64,000 bases of DNA from Candidatus Poribacteria bacterium (GTDB lineage Bacteria > Poribacteria > WGA-4E > PCPOR2b). The DNA lies in the NCBI GenBank assembly GCA_965198175.1, contig OZ240245.1:4704001-4768000 (forward strand). The letters run 5' to 3'. Made by a program: the position numbers and the translations under genes. Of this stretch, positions 9,471-20,259 are shown piece by piece. The notes under the pieces are model-generated. The model saw only the letters and a list, made by a program, of their open reading frames with translations, did not search any database and was not told the origin of the DNA. Each line of letters opens with the position of its first letter. The stretch's first letter is position 1.

Positions 9471-11792
9471 ATGATTTTCAAGTCCATTTCTTATTGGATC
9501 TGGTTCGCGTTATTCGTTATCCTCGCGTTGGTTTTAGCGCGAATGCCGCTGTTCGACGTGCTGGCGTTCGAGTTTTGCGCCATCCTCGCGATTGGCATCT
9601 CACTTGCTGGCGTACACACTGCCGGGACATGCGTGCAGCAACTCAGACATAGAACAACAGTCCCCAAGGTAACTTCCCTCCAAATCGTGACTACGCTATT
9701 CGGCAAATCGTTCGGCGCCAATCTAATATTGCTAATCCCACCGCTCATCATTATTTTGCTGAATGCACTCCATGTTAAAAACTGTGATTTCTCAGAAGGC
9801 GCTACCTTCTTTCTTCTCCTGCCTGTGATTAGTTGTGCCTATGCCACCGGCGCAGGCGTGTTCTTTGGATTATGGTTGGCGAAGCGTTGGACCGCCTATC
9901 TCATTTATCTCGTCTACATCTTCGCTACCCTCCTGCTACTGCTTCACAATATCGCTTTTCACCCACCTGTCTTCGGTTATCATTCGACTTTCGGTTATTT
10001 CCCGGGGCCAATCTACGATGAAAATATCCCAATTTCTGGAACGCTCATTATTGCCCGGGGGACAACGCTTCTGTTGACTGGAATTTTTCTGTTGTTTGCA
10101 ATTAGCATGTTGTCGGTTAGAGAACGTTCTGAATCCCCGCCGACACTCCACTTGCGAAATTTCTATCGTTTCGAGATTAGGTTTGATAATCTGATGAACC
10201 GCCTCTGTCTAGTCGCCATGGTTATCGCATTTGTGTCAATCTATCTACACCGTAGCGAGCTCGGTCTGCGTCCAACGCGGAGCTACATTGAAAAAAAGCT
10301 GGGCGGTATGAAAGAGACTGAACATTTCAAGCTGTATTACGAAAAAGGATCCAGAGTCGAACAGGAAATTGAGTGGATTGCGCATGACCATGAGTTCCGT
10401 TATGCGCAACTGACTACCTACTTCCAGATGCAACCCTCAAAGAAAATCCGATCCTATATCTACACGTCGCCTGAACAGAAAAAACAACTCATTGGAGCGC
10501 GGGAAACATCAGTTGAAGACCCATTTGGGGGCGGTTTCCACATCAACTACGAGGAATTCCCCCATCCCGTAATGAAACATGAATTGGCACACGCTCTTAC
10601 AGCAGATTGGCATCCGTTGCTCAAAGTTAGCCTCAAGCCAGGGCTGCATGAGGGAATCGCCGTCGCTGCAGCTTGGAATTATGAGCAGTTCACGCCGCAT
10701 CAGCGAAGTAAAGCGATGCGCCAGTTGAAAATTGCGCCAAAGATACAACAGATTATGGGACTAGGTTTCTGGAAAGAGGCATCATCACGAAGCTATACCT
10801 TAGCTGGTTCTTTCGTCCGGTTCCTTGTCGATACTTACGGGTTGGAAGAATTCAAGGACGTTTTCCCAACAGGCAACTTCAAGAAAATCTACGGAAAAAC
10901 CTTAACCAATCTGGTTCAAGAATGGGAAAGCTTTTTGGAGAGTGTCCCTCTAACCGAAGACGATTTGGCAGTTGCGGAGGGACATCTCAAACACTCCAGC
11001 ATTTTCCAGAAACTGTGTGCTCACAAGATTGCTGAGCTTTCTACACGTGCACGGACTGCGTATCGCGAATCTAATTTCACCGTGGCGCTTGCCTTACTTG
11101 AGAAGATTTTCAAGTTAGATCCCGATAACCTGTCTAATCTGCTGGAGTTGATGTATACACATTATCAGATGGGTGATTACCACGCAACGTTGGGATTAAC
11201 AACGAAAATCTGTGCATATCCCAGCGCGAGTGTGAAGCAGATCGCAGCAGCGAAAAATGTGGGGGGGAATGTTCAGTGGCATCGAGGAAGGCGTAATCAA
11301 GCTATTTCGCATTACCAAGAGGTTTTTGCGCTTCACGCATCCGACGCCCTCGATCGGGAAGTCCAAGCCAAGGTTGCTATACTAGCGTTGGATTTTGCAG
11401 GTGTTCAGGATAAACTGAGGCAGGTTATAATCTCCCAGTCATCACCACAACTCAAGGTGACGCTGCTTCACGAAGTTATCAATGAACTACCGGAGTGGGG
11501 GTTACCGCACTATCTAATTGGACGACAACTCGAATTAGTTCGAAAGTACGTCACTGCAAATCGCTACCGGTTCAAAGCAAATACCTTAGGACTACCACAC
11601 CAGAACTTGGAAATCGAAAATGTGCGGTTAATCGGCGTCAACTCGTATCGCCTCGGACACTACGATTCAGCGATCGAACAATTTCAGCGGATTGCAGCGA
11701 AGGACAATCTGCCGCTTGGTACAATCTACAACGCAAGGGATTGGATTGAACGCTGCGACTGGGCGAAAGGGAAAATGGATGTTGGAATCTGA
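9471..11792 (+). CDS. Polytopic membrane protein with gluzincin/peptidase MA-like domain and TPR repeats
   Basis: ~7 hydrophobic N-terminal helices, HELAH...HEGIA zinc motif, C-terminal TPR-like helices. Confidence 0.7.
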   Translation: MIFKSISYWIWFALFVILALVLARMPLFDVLAFEFCAILAIGISLAGVHTAGTCVQQLRHRTTVPKVTSLQIVTTLFGKSFGANLILLIPPLIIILLNALHVKNCDFSEGATFFLLLPVISCAYATGAGVFFGLWLAKRWTAYLIYLVYIFATLLLLLHNIAFHPPVFGYHSTFGYFPGPIYDENIPISGTLIIARGTTLLLTGIFLLFAISMLSVRERSESPPTLHLRNFYRFEIRFDNLMNRLCLVAMVIAFVSIYLHRSELGLRPTRSYIEKKLGGMKETEHFKLYYEKGSRVEQEIEWIAHDHEFRYAQLTTYFQMQPSKKIRSYIYTSPEQKKQLIGARETSVEDPFGGGFHINYEEFPHPVMKHELAHALTADWHPLLKVSLKPGLHEGIAVAAAWNYEQFTPHQRSKAMRQLKIAPKIQQIMGLGFWKEASSRSYTLAGSFVRFLVDTYGLEEFKDVFPTGNFKKIYGKTLTNLVQEWESFLESVPLTEDDLAVAEGHLKHSSIFQKLCAHKIAELSTRARTAYRESNFTVALALLEKIFKLDPDNLSNLLELMYTHYQMGDYHATLGLTTKICAYPSASVKQIAAAKNVGGNVQWHRGRRNQAISHYQEVFALHASDALDREVQAKVAILALDFAGVQDKLRQVIISQSSPQLKVTLLHEVINELPEWGLPHYLIGRQLELVRKYVTANRYRFKANTLGLPHQNLEIENVRLIGVNSYRLGHYDSAIEQFQRIAAKDNLPLGTIYNARDWIERCDWAKGKMDVGI

Positions 11793-11923
11793 TATGCTGC
11801 TTATGCGGATTCTACAATCACCAACAACCGCATTAGAGCCTGACGTACCACTCCGGCTTCTGACTTATTTCTTGCAATTTTTGGTCTAGACAATGGGAAC
11901 CACTTTATCTTTCCTCGAATCTT

Positions 11924-12691
11924 TCAATCTTTATTATTCAAAAGGTACGATTTCATCAGTGCTTTGAGGTTGTTAGATCGCGCAAGCCAACCAGGTAGGG
12001 CGCTCGCATAAAATGGATTGTGCTTTGCAAGGGCGTTTAAGAATTCGCGCTTACGGACATCAAACTTTAGAAAAATCTTCCACGCATAATCCGGTTGCGC
12101 TTTCAATGCCACGTCAATGTTATCGTTGAGTTTCCTGACTGCCAAGGTGGTATGCGTTTTCCAGATTCCATCCGGTTTCACATTCACCAGTTTCTGAATA
12201 ACCCGCGTTGCATTCGCACCTGCGAGCGTGGCGAAATCTGCATATCCAGCTTGCAAGCACGGATGAACGTCCCAGCAATGATATCGTTCAAAATAATCGT
12301 GGTAGAATCTTTTTATCACCACCAGATTCGCATCAGGCGCAGTTAGCGCGTCTTGGCTCGCGTTCACGCCCCCTAAGCGGATTACATTTGCGGGCAGGTG
12401 CGCTTTATCGCCTTGTCTATCCCGCCATTCCGTCCACGCGGTAGCTGTAATGCCCGCGTAAGAAACCCCGCCAACATGTGCAGGTTCATGGGTATTCAGC
12501 CCGGCTTCATGCTTCAGGATGAATCTCAAAATGGCATCGCGATCGGGGCTATCAATCGGTGTTGTCTTGGACATTTCGGCGATTCTTGGGCTAAATCCAA
12601 CATACTTTAGCAATATTAGTAATATCAAACAGCTCAGACAGATCCGAAGAACAGGAATAAAAACATCGGATTTAGGAATCTTCATCGACAC
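11924..12691 (-). CDS. GH108-like lysozyme with peptidoglycan-binding C-terminus and N-terminal membrane anchor
   Basis: ILKHEAG...GGVSYAGIT (cf. EGGY..DPGG.T..GIT), IQKLVNVKPDGIW, GWLAR. Confidence 0.6.
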   Translation of the reverse strand: MSMKIPKSDVFIPVLRICLSCLILLILLKYVGFSPRIAEMSKTTPIDSPDRDAILRFILKHEAGLNTHEPAHVGGVSYAGITATAWTEWRDRQGDKAHLPANVIRLGGVNASQDALTAPDANLVVIKRFYHDYFERYHCWDVHPCLQAGYADFATLAGANATRVIQKLVNVKPDGIWKTHTTLAVRKLNDNIDVALKAQPDYAWKIFLKFDVRKREFLNALAKHNPFYASALPGWLARSNNLKALMKSYLLNNKD

Positions 12692-13499
12692 GGAAATCCT
12701 CCGTCAACATCGCATATTGAATAATGATGATTGGTTGTTGAGTCCGTTTCTTGAGCCAAGGGTTTGCTTAAATCAGGCTTGCAAGTGTTCGAAACAGAAC
12801 ACTAAAGTCAACATTTGGTATTCCATGAACGCAATAACCGCAACAGAAGTTGCGAAAAAATGAACGTTCCAAGTCAAACTGCAAGCGTTGGGTTCAAGAA
12901 GGTGACCAAACGGATACACGCAGCAATATCACTTCTTGATAGAATACCGTCTTTCTGGAAACCTTGGTTGCGGAGGCCAAAACCTGAAACTGGCTTCTAT
13001 CCATCCCCTCTCAATGTCTTCAGAATCGGTTGAACCATCAGGCTGTAGCCCCTTAAGACTAGAGCTTCTTGTGTTAAATTGCCTAAACGGAAAATTACAA
13101 AATATGCATTTCATCGGAGACAACGTAACGGATTGTTGTTCCTTTGTTAAGGGTTTCAATATGGCTTTTTTGCTTCACAATTTGAATAGAATTTCCCTAT
13201 TTCATTTTCTTTACTAAACCGTTCCAACGCAAATCGGTTGACTTCTGAAGCATAGGTATCATTAGCTTCCACATAACCTCTAATCCGCCGGATTATCTTC
13301 TTCTCTTGCCTCTAAATTTATGATTGGCATTGTTTCACCTTTTCGTCTCGTTCTTCCCATTTGAAATCACCATTGTTAAAATTTTGGTAATAATGGAAAG
13401 ACGTTCAAGTTTACTCCAACATTCTACTTTGATTGTTCGTCCCTTCCATCAAAATTTAGGCGTTTACGATCGAGATTGGACTAACAATTCGGGTGAAAA

Positions 13500-14441
13500 T
13501 TAGGTTGACTGCTGTAAGGCAACTACCATAGAGCCGATAACCACCAATACCGTTCCTACAATGCTCAAGAAATTGAGTTGTTCGGGTTGGATGACGTTTG
13601 GAAGCAGGCGCCCGCCGAATGTCATCGCGGTAACGGTAATAAGCGGAATCAAAGCCAATACCATGCTAACCCGCGAAGCTTCAACGTGGTTCAGTGCTTC
13701 GGCAAAGCTGCTCCATGAGATTAACGTACTGAGCGCGCAAAAGGCTAGTAGCAACCCCGTTGCGCGATTCAGGTGGAACAGTTGAGCAGGACGGGCAAGT
13801 GGTAGAAAAATGAGGGTTGCAGCGAGATAAATGAGAAGTGTAATTGTTGCCGAAGGGAGAGTTTTCAACAACTGTTTTTGCGCAAGCGCGTACATCGTCC
13901 ATGTTAATACAGCAGCGAGTATTAGTAAGACACCGCTTTTAAGTTCGGTGGATTCAAACAACATTTCATCAAGTCGACGGTTGAAGAACAGCAGTATGCC
14001 AACAAGCAATACTCCAAATCCCACCCATTGCAGGGCGACAAGACGCTCTTTAAAGAAAACAAGACTGCCTAACAGCATTAATATAGGCGCTAGTTGGAAC
14101 ACGACTTGTGCTGTGCTAGGAGAGATGTAATTCAGACCGAGGAGATAGAAAATATGGTTGGTGCATAAACACAGAATTGTGGCGAACAGCAGCAATCGGC
14201 GCGTTCCTTGAAGTTTCATTGCAGAAAAGAATTCATATCTGCGAACAACCGGAACCACCAACAACCCACCAGCGAGCAGGAAACGATACCAGGTAACAGT
14301 GTATACATCCATGCTGTCCAGCAGTCTCTTTAGTGCAATGGGCGTCAGTCCCCAGAAAAGCGCAGTGACAAACGATAACGCAAGCCCAAGACGCCAACGG
14401 CCGGTGGATCTATGGATACTCATTGGGCACTTCCAGAACAC
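13500..14441 (-). CDS. EamA/DMT family transporter
   Basis: ~10 TM helices, WG.TPIALK, YRFLLA, GLNYISP.TAQVVFQLAP. Confidence 0.88.
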   Translation of the reverse strand: MFWKCPMSIHRSTGRWRLGLALSFVTALFWGLTPIALKRLLDSMDVYTVTWYRFLLAGGLLVVPVVRRYEFFSAMKLQGTRRLLLFATILCLCTNHIFYLLGLNYISPSTAQVVFQLAPILMLLGSLVFFKERLVALQWVGFGVLLVGILLFFNRRLDEMLFESTELKSGVLLILAAVLTWTMYALAQKQLLKTLPSATITLLIYLAATLIFLPLARPAQLFHLNRATGLLLAFCALSTLISWSSFAEALNHVEASRVSMVLALIPLITVTAMTFGGRLLPNVIQPEQLNFLSIVGTVLVVIGSMVVALQQST

Positions 14442-14669
14442 TGCGACATTCGTGACACTGAATCATGACCGCAAGTTGCTAAAGCGATAAAGAACATAAA
14501 ATGTTTCCTCCGGTTCGGCTGAGAGTTCAGGACCTAGCCTGTTTTGCCGTTCGTCGTTTGTTTTGCCAACAGGCTCAAGTTCAGATGGGGCGACAACACA
14601 ATTTAGTAATCGATGGAAGTCCTTTTATACTTGAGAATATTCCCTATGTACATTATAATATGCTGACTA

Positions 14670-14697
14670 ATTATAATTGTTTCCTGCGTATTGTCAA
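14670..14697 (-). promoter_or_regulatory. Sigma70-type promoter upstream of the EamA gene
   Basis: TTGACA-N16-TATAAT on the minus strand. Confidence 0.55.
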
Positions 14698-14834
14698 CCT
14701 TTTTGATATCATTTCGACATCCTCGCATTTCATTAATTTTCGCATTCATGCAACATTCCAAATAATAGAACTTTTCCACTCAGCATTTCAACCATATCAA
14801 ACCTTCGAGGATATCAGGCGGGGAGGCTATCCCC

Positions 14835-15200
14835 TTGAAACTAAAAGTTTTTGTCACACGCCCTGTTCCGGAAAGCATCGTGGCGATGTTCGTAGAAATG
14901 TACGAGGTTGATAGGCGTCGAAATTTTCCCCAGTGGATGATTTAGAGTGCGCCCCAATCTCAAGGTCATCTGCGCATGGCATCGGTTATAATCACATTGA
15001 CACAAACGTAGCAAAGGCGATCAACATCGGATATGACGTTCGCACTTTTTGCTTGCCACCGTGCGATATGATAGCTCTTCCAATGTCTTGGTTCAATCAA
15101 GGCGGTACAACCGTTTGAAACGACATGCAGATGATGGAAATGAGTGTCGAAAACCTGTAAGCGAGACTAAAGGGTAAACTACCACTGCCTTATGCCATGT
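14835..15200 (+). pseudogene. Degraded D-2-hydroxyacid dehydrogenase (glyoxylate reductase-like) relic
   Basis: After GGGAGG: MKLKVFVTRPVPE, then frameshifted APNLKVI / SAHGIGYNHID, then MEMSVENL*ARLKGKLP. These match the N-, mid- and C-terminal motifs of the family, with stops and a large internal deletion. Confidence 0.6.
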
Positions 15201-15306
15201 TTCAATAGCGGGCATCGCCTGGTTGGTTTAGGTATTAGGGTATTGATACAAAGGGTTTTCCCTAGGAACGAGTGACGAGGGAAATTACTCGTAATTACTT
15301 ACCACG

Positions 15307-16479
15307 ATGAAGATGAAAGACAAGGTTAGGTTTGGTGTCATCGGCTGTGGCGTAGCTGCTTGGATGGGACATCTATCTTGGATTTGGGAACATCCAAATG
15401 CCGAGTTGGTAGTTGTTTGCGACTCAGAGGTGAAGCGTGCCATTCAGGCAAAAGAACGATATAACGCTCACGCTGTTTCGACAGACTACCAAGAAGTTTT
15501 GAAGCGACATGACGTTGACGCTGTATCTATATGTACTCCGCCCGCCTACCACCACGAAATGGCGATGGCTGCCGCTGAGCATAAAAAACACATCTTGCTT
15601 GAGAAGCCGATGGCACGCACCATACAGGAGTGCAATGAAATCATTGCAGCGGCTGAGTGTAATGAAATTTGCCTGATGCTAGGGCATGAAAAACGCTTCA
15701 ACTTCGCGCTCGAACGAATTAAGCAAATTATTGATGACGGCACTCTGGGCCAAGTGTTTTACCTAGTTGCGCATTGGGGCGCCGCCGTCAAGCTCGCACC
15801 GGACGAACTTATCCCGGCGGGCTATCGTGAAAACTATGAGTGGCGGTGGAAGGATGAAGCGGTGGGTGGGGGTATTATCCTGGACCATTTGCCCCATTAT
15901 GTTGATTTGTGGCGGTGGTGGACCGGATCTGAAGTCGAGACCGTATCCGCTGAGATACAAAATGTTACACGTGACTACTTGGGAAATCCAGAGATTGGTG
16001 TCTGGGAGGATTTTGGCGTTGTTCTGATGCGCTTCAAAAACGGAGCGGTGGGCGTCTTTGACACCGGCACGGTAGGGCGTAGTCTATCTCCAATCTTGCA
16101 CATTGGGTCTGGTCTGGGTGAATGGTCGGAATTCGGCTATATCTATGGCACACGAGGACATCTCACATTTGATTTGCCACCGTGGGATTCACCGGAGCAT
16201 GGCCGTATTATGATTTGGTCGCTGGAGAACAAGCATCAAGGCGACCGCGGTTGGTATCAGGTTGAGATGCCTGAGCCAACCCGTGCTCCAGGAGGCCCAC
16301 TGTCGCCAAAAACTAACGAAAAGTATATGTTTCGACGCCAAATAGATCACTTTGTTCAATCTATTCGGGACGAAACCGAGCCACTCGTAGGTGGCCGGGA
16401 TGGCCGCGCTACCTTGGCTGTTGTCGAAGCAGCGTACGAATCGCAGCGATCCGGACAGAAATTGAAGATTAAACCATAG
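15307..16479 (+). CDS. Gfo/Idh/MocA family oxidoreductase
   Basis: GVIGCG, ICTPP..H, KHILLEKP, GGGIILDHLPHYVD. Confidence 0.9.
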   Translation: MKMKDKVRFGVIGCGVAAWMGHLSWIWEHPNAELVVVCDSEVKRAIQAKERYNAHAVSTDYQEVLKRHDVDAVSICTPPAYHHEMAMAAAEHKKHILLEKPMARTIQECNEIIAAAECNEICLMLGHEKRFNFALERIKQIIDDGTLGQVFYLVAHWGAAVKLAPDELIPAGYRENYEWRWKDEAVGGGIILDHLPHYVDLWRWWTGSEVETVSAEIQNVTRDYLGNPEIGVWEDFGVVLMRFKNGAVGVFDTGTVGRSLSPILHIGSGLGEWSEFGYIYGTRGHLTFDLPPWDSPEHGRIMIWSLENKHQGDRGWYQVEMPEPTRAPGGPLSPKTNEKYMFRRQIDHFVQSIRDETEPLVGGRDGRATLAVVEAAYESQRSGQKLKIKP

Positions 16480-16576
16480 ATTGAAGATTAAAAAATCGGC
16501 AAGCGTACCTTGATATCCGTGCAAGCGGCACGCATAGTTTATTTCCAAAAAGCGGACATGAAATAATCAGAATCAT

Positions 16577-16607
16577 CTAGCGTCATGAAGTTTTTGCATG
16601 ACGCTAG
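16577..16607. other. Intergenic hairpin
   Basis: ctagcgtcatg-aagtttttg-catgacgctag 11-bp stem. Confidence 0.45.
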
Positions 16608-17588
16608 TTGCTAACAGAAGGAGAAATGACCATGGATACGCCATATTTAACACCGCTGCTCAAAGAAAATCGTCCCATCTGGATTATGGGGGTACACGAT
16701 GTGGTATCCGCTAAGATTGCTGAAAGGGCAGGCTTTGACGCTGTAGGGGTTCAGTCGCTGCAAATCGCATTCGCGAATGGTCAACCGGACATCGGTGTAA
16801 TTACGCCGGATGAGACTGTCGAAGTGTGCCGCAAAATTCGCCGTTCTATCAACTTGCCAATCGTCGTGGACTTCGAGCAGGGATTCGGCGAACCGTATGC
16901 TTCTGTATATTGGATGCATGAGTTTGAACGTGCCGGCGTTGCGGCGGTACATATTGACGATTACGGTTTGCCCTATAAATGCCCGTTTATCCCACCGCAC
17001 GTCATGGCGATCGAGTCGATGGATGAGACAGCGGATAAGATTCGGGCAATGGCGGGTGAAAAACTCAACCCTGAATTCATGGTAATCGGCCGACCTGGCA
17101 CCTATGTGGCTAGAGTTCACCCTGACGAGGAATCGCGGCGTGCGGATTGGTTACGCCGTGCCAAGGCTTACCAAGAGGCAGGATCGGATGCCATTATGGC
17201 AATCTGTTGGTCGGTTGAACATGCTCGCTTTTTCCGCGACCAAGTGGATGGTCCAATGATGACCATCCGTACCCTAGGGACCGAAATCGACACGGATCGC
17301 GTCCAATATTCGTCTGATATGATGCAATTGAGCGTGGATGAATTATACGAATTGGGCTATCAACTCCAAATTGAACCAACGACCATGCTAGGGGTTGCCG
17401 TTAACGCGATGGTCAAAGCGATGGAGCTTGAAAAGCGGACTGGTAGGATTAGTAGTCTGTCCGAACAACACGGCAATCTCTATGACCTACTGGAATTGTG
17501 GATGAACGTAGCTGAAGTTCGCAGAATCCGAGAGTCTTACGCACGGGCAGAACTGCCGTCAGGTATGCAGCCGGAAGACGAAAAATGA
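16608..17588 (+). CDS. Isocitrate lyase/PEP mutase superfamily enzyme
   Basis: GVHDVVSAKIAERAGFDA, PDIG, PIVVDFEQGFG, AGVAAVHIDD..P.KC, RAKAYQEAGSDA. The true start may be ATG 16626 or 16632. Confidence 0.85.
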   Translation: MLTEGEMTMDTPYLTPLLKENRPIWIMGVHDVVSAKIAERAGFDAVGVQSLQIAFANGQPDIGVITPDETVEVCRKIRRSINLPIVVDFEQGFGEPYASVYWMHEFERAGVAAVHIDDYGLPYKCPFIPPHVMAIESMDETADKIRAMAGEKLNPEFMVIGRPGTYVARVHPDEESRRADWLRRAKAYQEAGSDAIMAICWSVEHARFFRDQVDGPMMTIRTLGTEIDTDRVQYSSDMMQLSVDELYELGYQLQIEPTTMLGVAVNAMVKAMELEKRTGRISSLSEQHGNLYDLLELWMNVAEVRRIRESYARAELPSGMQPEDEK

Positions 17589-17739
17589 CAGTACACGGAC
17601 GAACGGTTAGCAAGGGAAAATCAAATTAGATTTAACGGCAGCCTAGCTTATCGGTGGTAAGGTTCGTACTGTTTCTGAAGGAAATGAATCAAAACACGTT
17701 GACGCGATCAGTGATGATTCACAAAATGGAGAAAGGGGG

Positions 17740-18162
17740 TTGATTATGTTAACCGGTCTGTGGACTATCGGTGTCAAGGTGCCGGATCTTGAACGAGAAT
17801 TGGAATTTCACCGCCAAATTGGAAACGAAATTGTGCTGGACGAGACACTCGAACTGGATGGTGAGTCTTTCCGTGTGCCGTTAGTCAAGATGGGCGATAA
17901 ATACCTGCACTTGGCGGAGAAGATGGTCTACGAGGATTTGCTTGGTAAAACGTTGCCGTACGGCATGACACACCTGGTCTATATGTCGAGTAGTTTAGAT
18001 CGAGATGTCGCCAAAGCGCTCGCTGCTGGCGCCGTTAAGATGCGGGAGATTGCCGAAGTTTCAGCGGGTTTCGGTGAGCGCAGGGTGGCGTTTTTGATAT
18101 CGCCCAGCGGCTGGATTTTTGAAATTATCGAAATCAAGAAGAACCTTGTACCTGAAGTTTGA
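17740..18162 (+). CDS. VOC (glyoxalase/bleomycin resistance) family protein
   Basis: IGVKVPDLE...F, THLVY...LD, RVAFLISPSGWIFEIIE. Confidence 0.75.
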   Translation: MIMLTGLWTIGVKVPDLERELEFHRQIGNEIVLDETLELDGESFRVPLVKMGDKYLHLAEKMVYEDLLGKTLPYGMTHLVYMSSSLDRDVAKALAAGAVKMREIAEVSAGFGERRVAFLISPSGWIFEIIEIKKNLVPEV

Positions 18163-18446
18163 TACTGATATAGCAACAGAGATACTGTGAAATGCGTGTG
18201 TTACTCGATGCCACAATACGAGAGATGCAAAAAGGCGGCACCGTCCATTGCAGGAACACATCTCAGAAATGGGAAAATGTATGCACATTGTAACAGCGAT
18301 TGACCGACAGGCGACACCACAGGAGTAATCAACAAAACGTCCATCAAAAAAGTATCTGGAGAATTCAAAGGCATAAGAAGCTAACTCTTCTAAATCATCA
18401 AGGCTAGGGAAGATTTTGTATCAATGAAGTAAAGGAGGTAAATATC

Positions 18447-19241
18447 ATGCGTGTTAGTGACCACGTCTACATGGTAGGCAGTGACCAATTTGCGCTAAGC
18501 TATCCCCTTGACTGCAATTGTTATCTGATTGATGGCGGTTCGGCGTTGGGGTTGGTGGATACGGGGTTGGGTATGGGTGTGGATGATATCATGGCAAATA
18601 TTGTTGCCGAAGGCTTCGACCCAAAGTTATTAACTCACATACTGATCACGCACTCCCATTTGGGGCATTGGGGCGGCGCCGATGCACTTCGCGAACGAAC
18701 AGGTGCCCAAGTATGGGTGCATACACTGGGAGCGAGTTTAATGGAAAGTGTTGACGGCGACCCCGCGATTGAACTTAACTTTAAGTATGGTCGCTATCCG
18801 TCTGAGTTTGAGCCACGCGCATGCCAAACCGATTCGACATTTAATGATGGAGAACGGATACAGATTGGAGACATTGAGGTGGAGGCTATACTAGTGCAAG
18901 GCCACACGAAGGACGCCACCTGTTTTTCATTCAGCGATAATGGCAAGCGAGCACTATGTACGGGAGATACAGTATTTTACGCTGGAAAGCTGGGCTTGTT
19001 GAATCTGGACGGATTTAGCATGGCAGACTACCGACGCGACATCCATAAACTTGCCAACCTAAATGTTGATTTGCTATTGCCCGGTCACGGTGTATTCGTA
19101 CTCAGGGGCGGGCAAAAACACATCAAACGGGCAATACATAAGCTCGGCGATTTTGTACTGCCGGAAACATTTTTTGAAGTCAACGAGTTTACGTGGGATC
19201 GCGATTATCTTCAGATTATGACCGATCAAAGGAGCGATTAG
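18447..19241 (+). CDS. Metallo-beta-lactamase fold hydrolase
   Basis: THSHLGHWGG (HxHxDH variant with D->G), GHT, TGD, PGHG; AAGGAGG RBS. Confidence 0.85.
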   Translation: MRVSDHVYMVGSDQFALSYPLDCNCYLIDGGSALGLVDTGLGMGVDDIMANIVAEGFDPKLLTHILITHSHLGHWGGADALRERTGAQVWVHTLGASLMESVDGDPAIELNFKYGRYPSEFEPRACQTDSTFNDGERIQIGDIEVEAILVQGHTKDATCFSFSDNGKRALCTGDTVFYAGKLGLLNLDGFSMADYRRDIHKLANLNVDLLLPGHGVFVLRGGQKHIKRAIHKLGDFVLPETFFEVNEFTWDRDYLQIMTDQRSD

Positions 19242-19266
19242 CGACTGCGATAGGCTTCTCTTCAGG

Positions 19267-19302
19267 TTGTAGGTTGAGTTTCGCCGTTGGCTCAACCTAC
19301 AA
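19267..19302. repeat. GTAG-type REP-like palindrome
   Basis: ttgtaggttgag-tttcgccgttgg-ctcaacctacaa, 12-bp perfect arms. Confidence 0.6.
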
Positions 19303-19379
19303 GGACTTTAGAGTACGGAGCACGAAGTCCCTCAATATCTAGGTCGAGACTGTAACGGTCAAGTTTTTGTACCGCAAAA

Positions 19380-20189
19380 TTGAAGGAGGAAAGTGTGGAC
19401 AGCGGACTGAAAGGGAAGACCGCCCTCGTTACGGGCGGCGGTACAGGAATCGGCCGCGCGCTTGCGCTTGCGCTCGCTCAAGAGGGTGTAGATGTTGCGA
19501 TTGCTAGCCGAAACCCGCCATTAGAAACGCGGAAAGAAATTGAAGCGTGCGGTGTTCGGGCAGTTTCCATTCGAGCAGACGTGAGTCAAGAAGAACAGGT
19601 GGTTGAAATGGTTTCACAAGTCATTGACACCTTCGGACATCTAGATCTCTACGTCAACAACGCCGCTTGGGCATGGCACCAACCGTTTACCAAAATAACG
19701 ACTGAATCATGGATGAAGACGATTAACACTAACCTATCAGCCTGCATTTGGGCAACCCGTGAAGTTGGGAAGCACATGATTGCCCGCAGGAAGGGGTGCA
19801 TTTTAATCGTTGGATCGACCGCTCAATTTAATCGATCCTTCACAGAAACATCCTACCACATCTCCAAGACCGGAATCCGGGTGTTGATGGAGAGTCTTAC
19901 CACCGAATTGGCGCCCTATGGCATCCGTGTCAATCTTCTGGTGCCCGGTCACTATCCCACACGTCTCACTGCAGGAATTACTGAGACACAGGAGCAGATC
20001 CTGAAAGGCGAAATTCCGCTGCGCCGGTTCGGAAAACCAGAGGAATTGGGTCCTGCAGCGGTGTTATTGCTCTCTGACAAATTGAGTGCCTACACCACTG
20101 GGAGCCAGTTGGTGGTTGATGGAGGACTGCATCTGCGTCCGCTTCGGTTCAATAGTGATGAGGAGCTTCGGGCGCTGAACGAGCCGTAG
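19380..20189 (+). CDS. SDR family oxidoreductase
   Basis: TGGGTGIG, NNAA, YHISK catalytic YxxxK, VDGG. Confidence 0.92.
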   Translation: MKEESVDSGLKGKTALVTGGGTGIGRALALALAQEGVDVAIASRNPPLETRKEIEACGVRAVSIRADVSQEEQVVEMVSQVIDTFGHLDLYVNNAAWAWHQPFTKITTESWMKTINTNLSACIWATREVGKHMIARRKGCILIVGSTAQFNRSFTETSYHISKTGIRVLMESLTTELAPYGIRVNLLVPGHYPTRLTAGITETQEQILKGEIPLRRFGKPEELGPAAVLLLSDKLSAYTTGSQLVVDGGLHLRPLRFNSDEELRALNEP

Positions 20190-20259
20190 CGAGATCCGCC
20201 ATTTCAGGTGAATGCTTCCACCTCTGAAACTCAAAAATCGAGTCAGCGCACAAAAAAGG

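Noticed and set aside
11924..13490. Prophage remnant around the lysozyme-like gene
   Set aside because: No holin, structural, terminase or integrase genes were recognisable.
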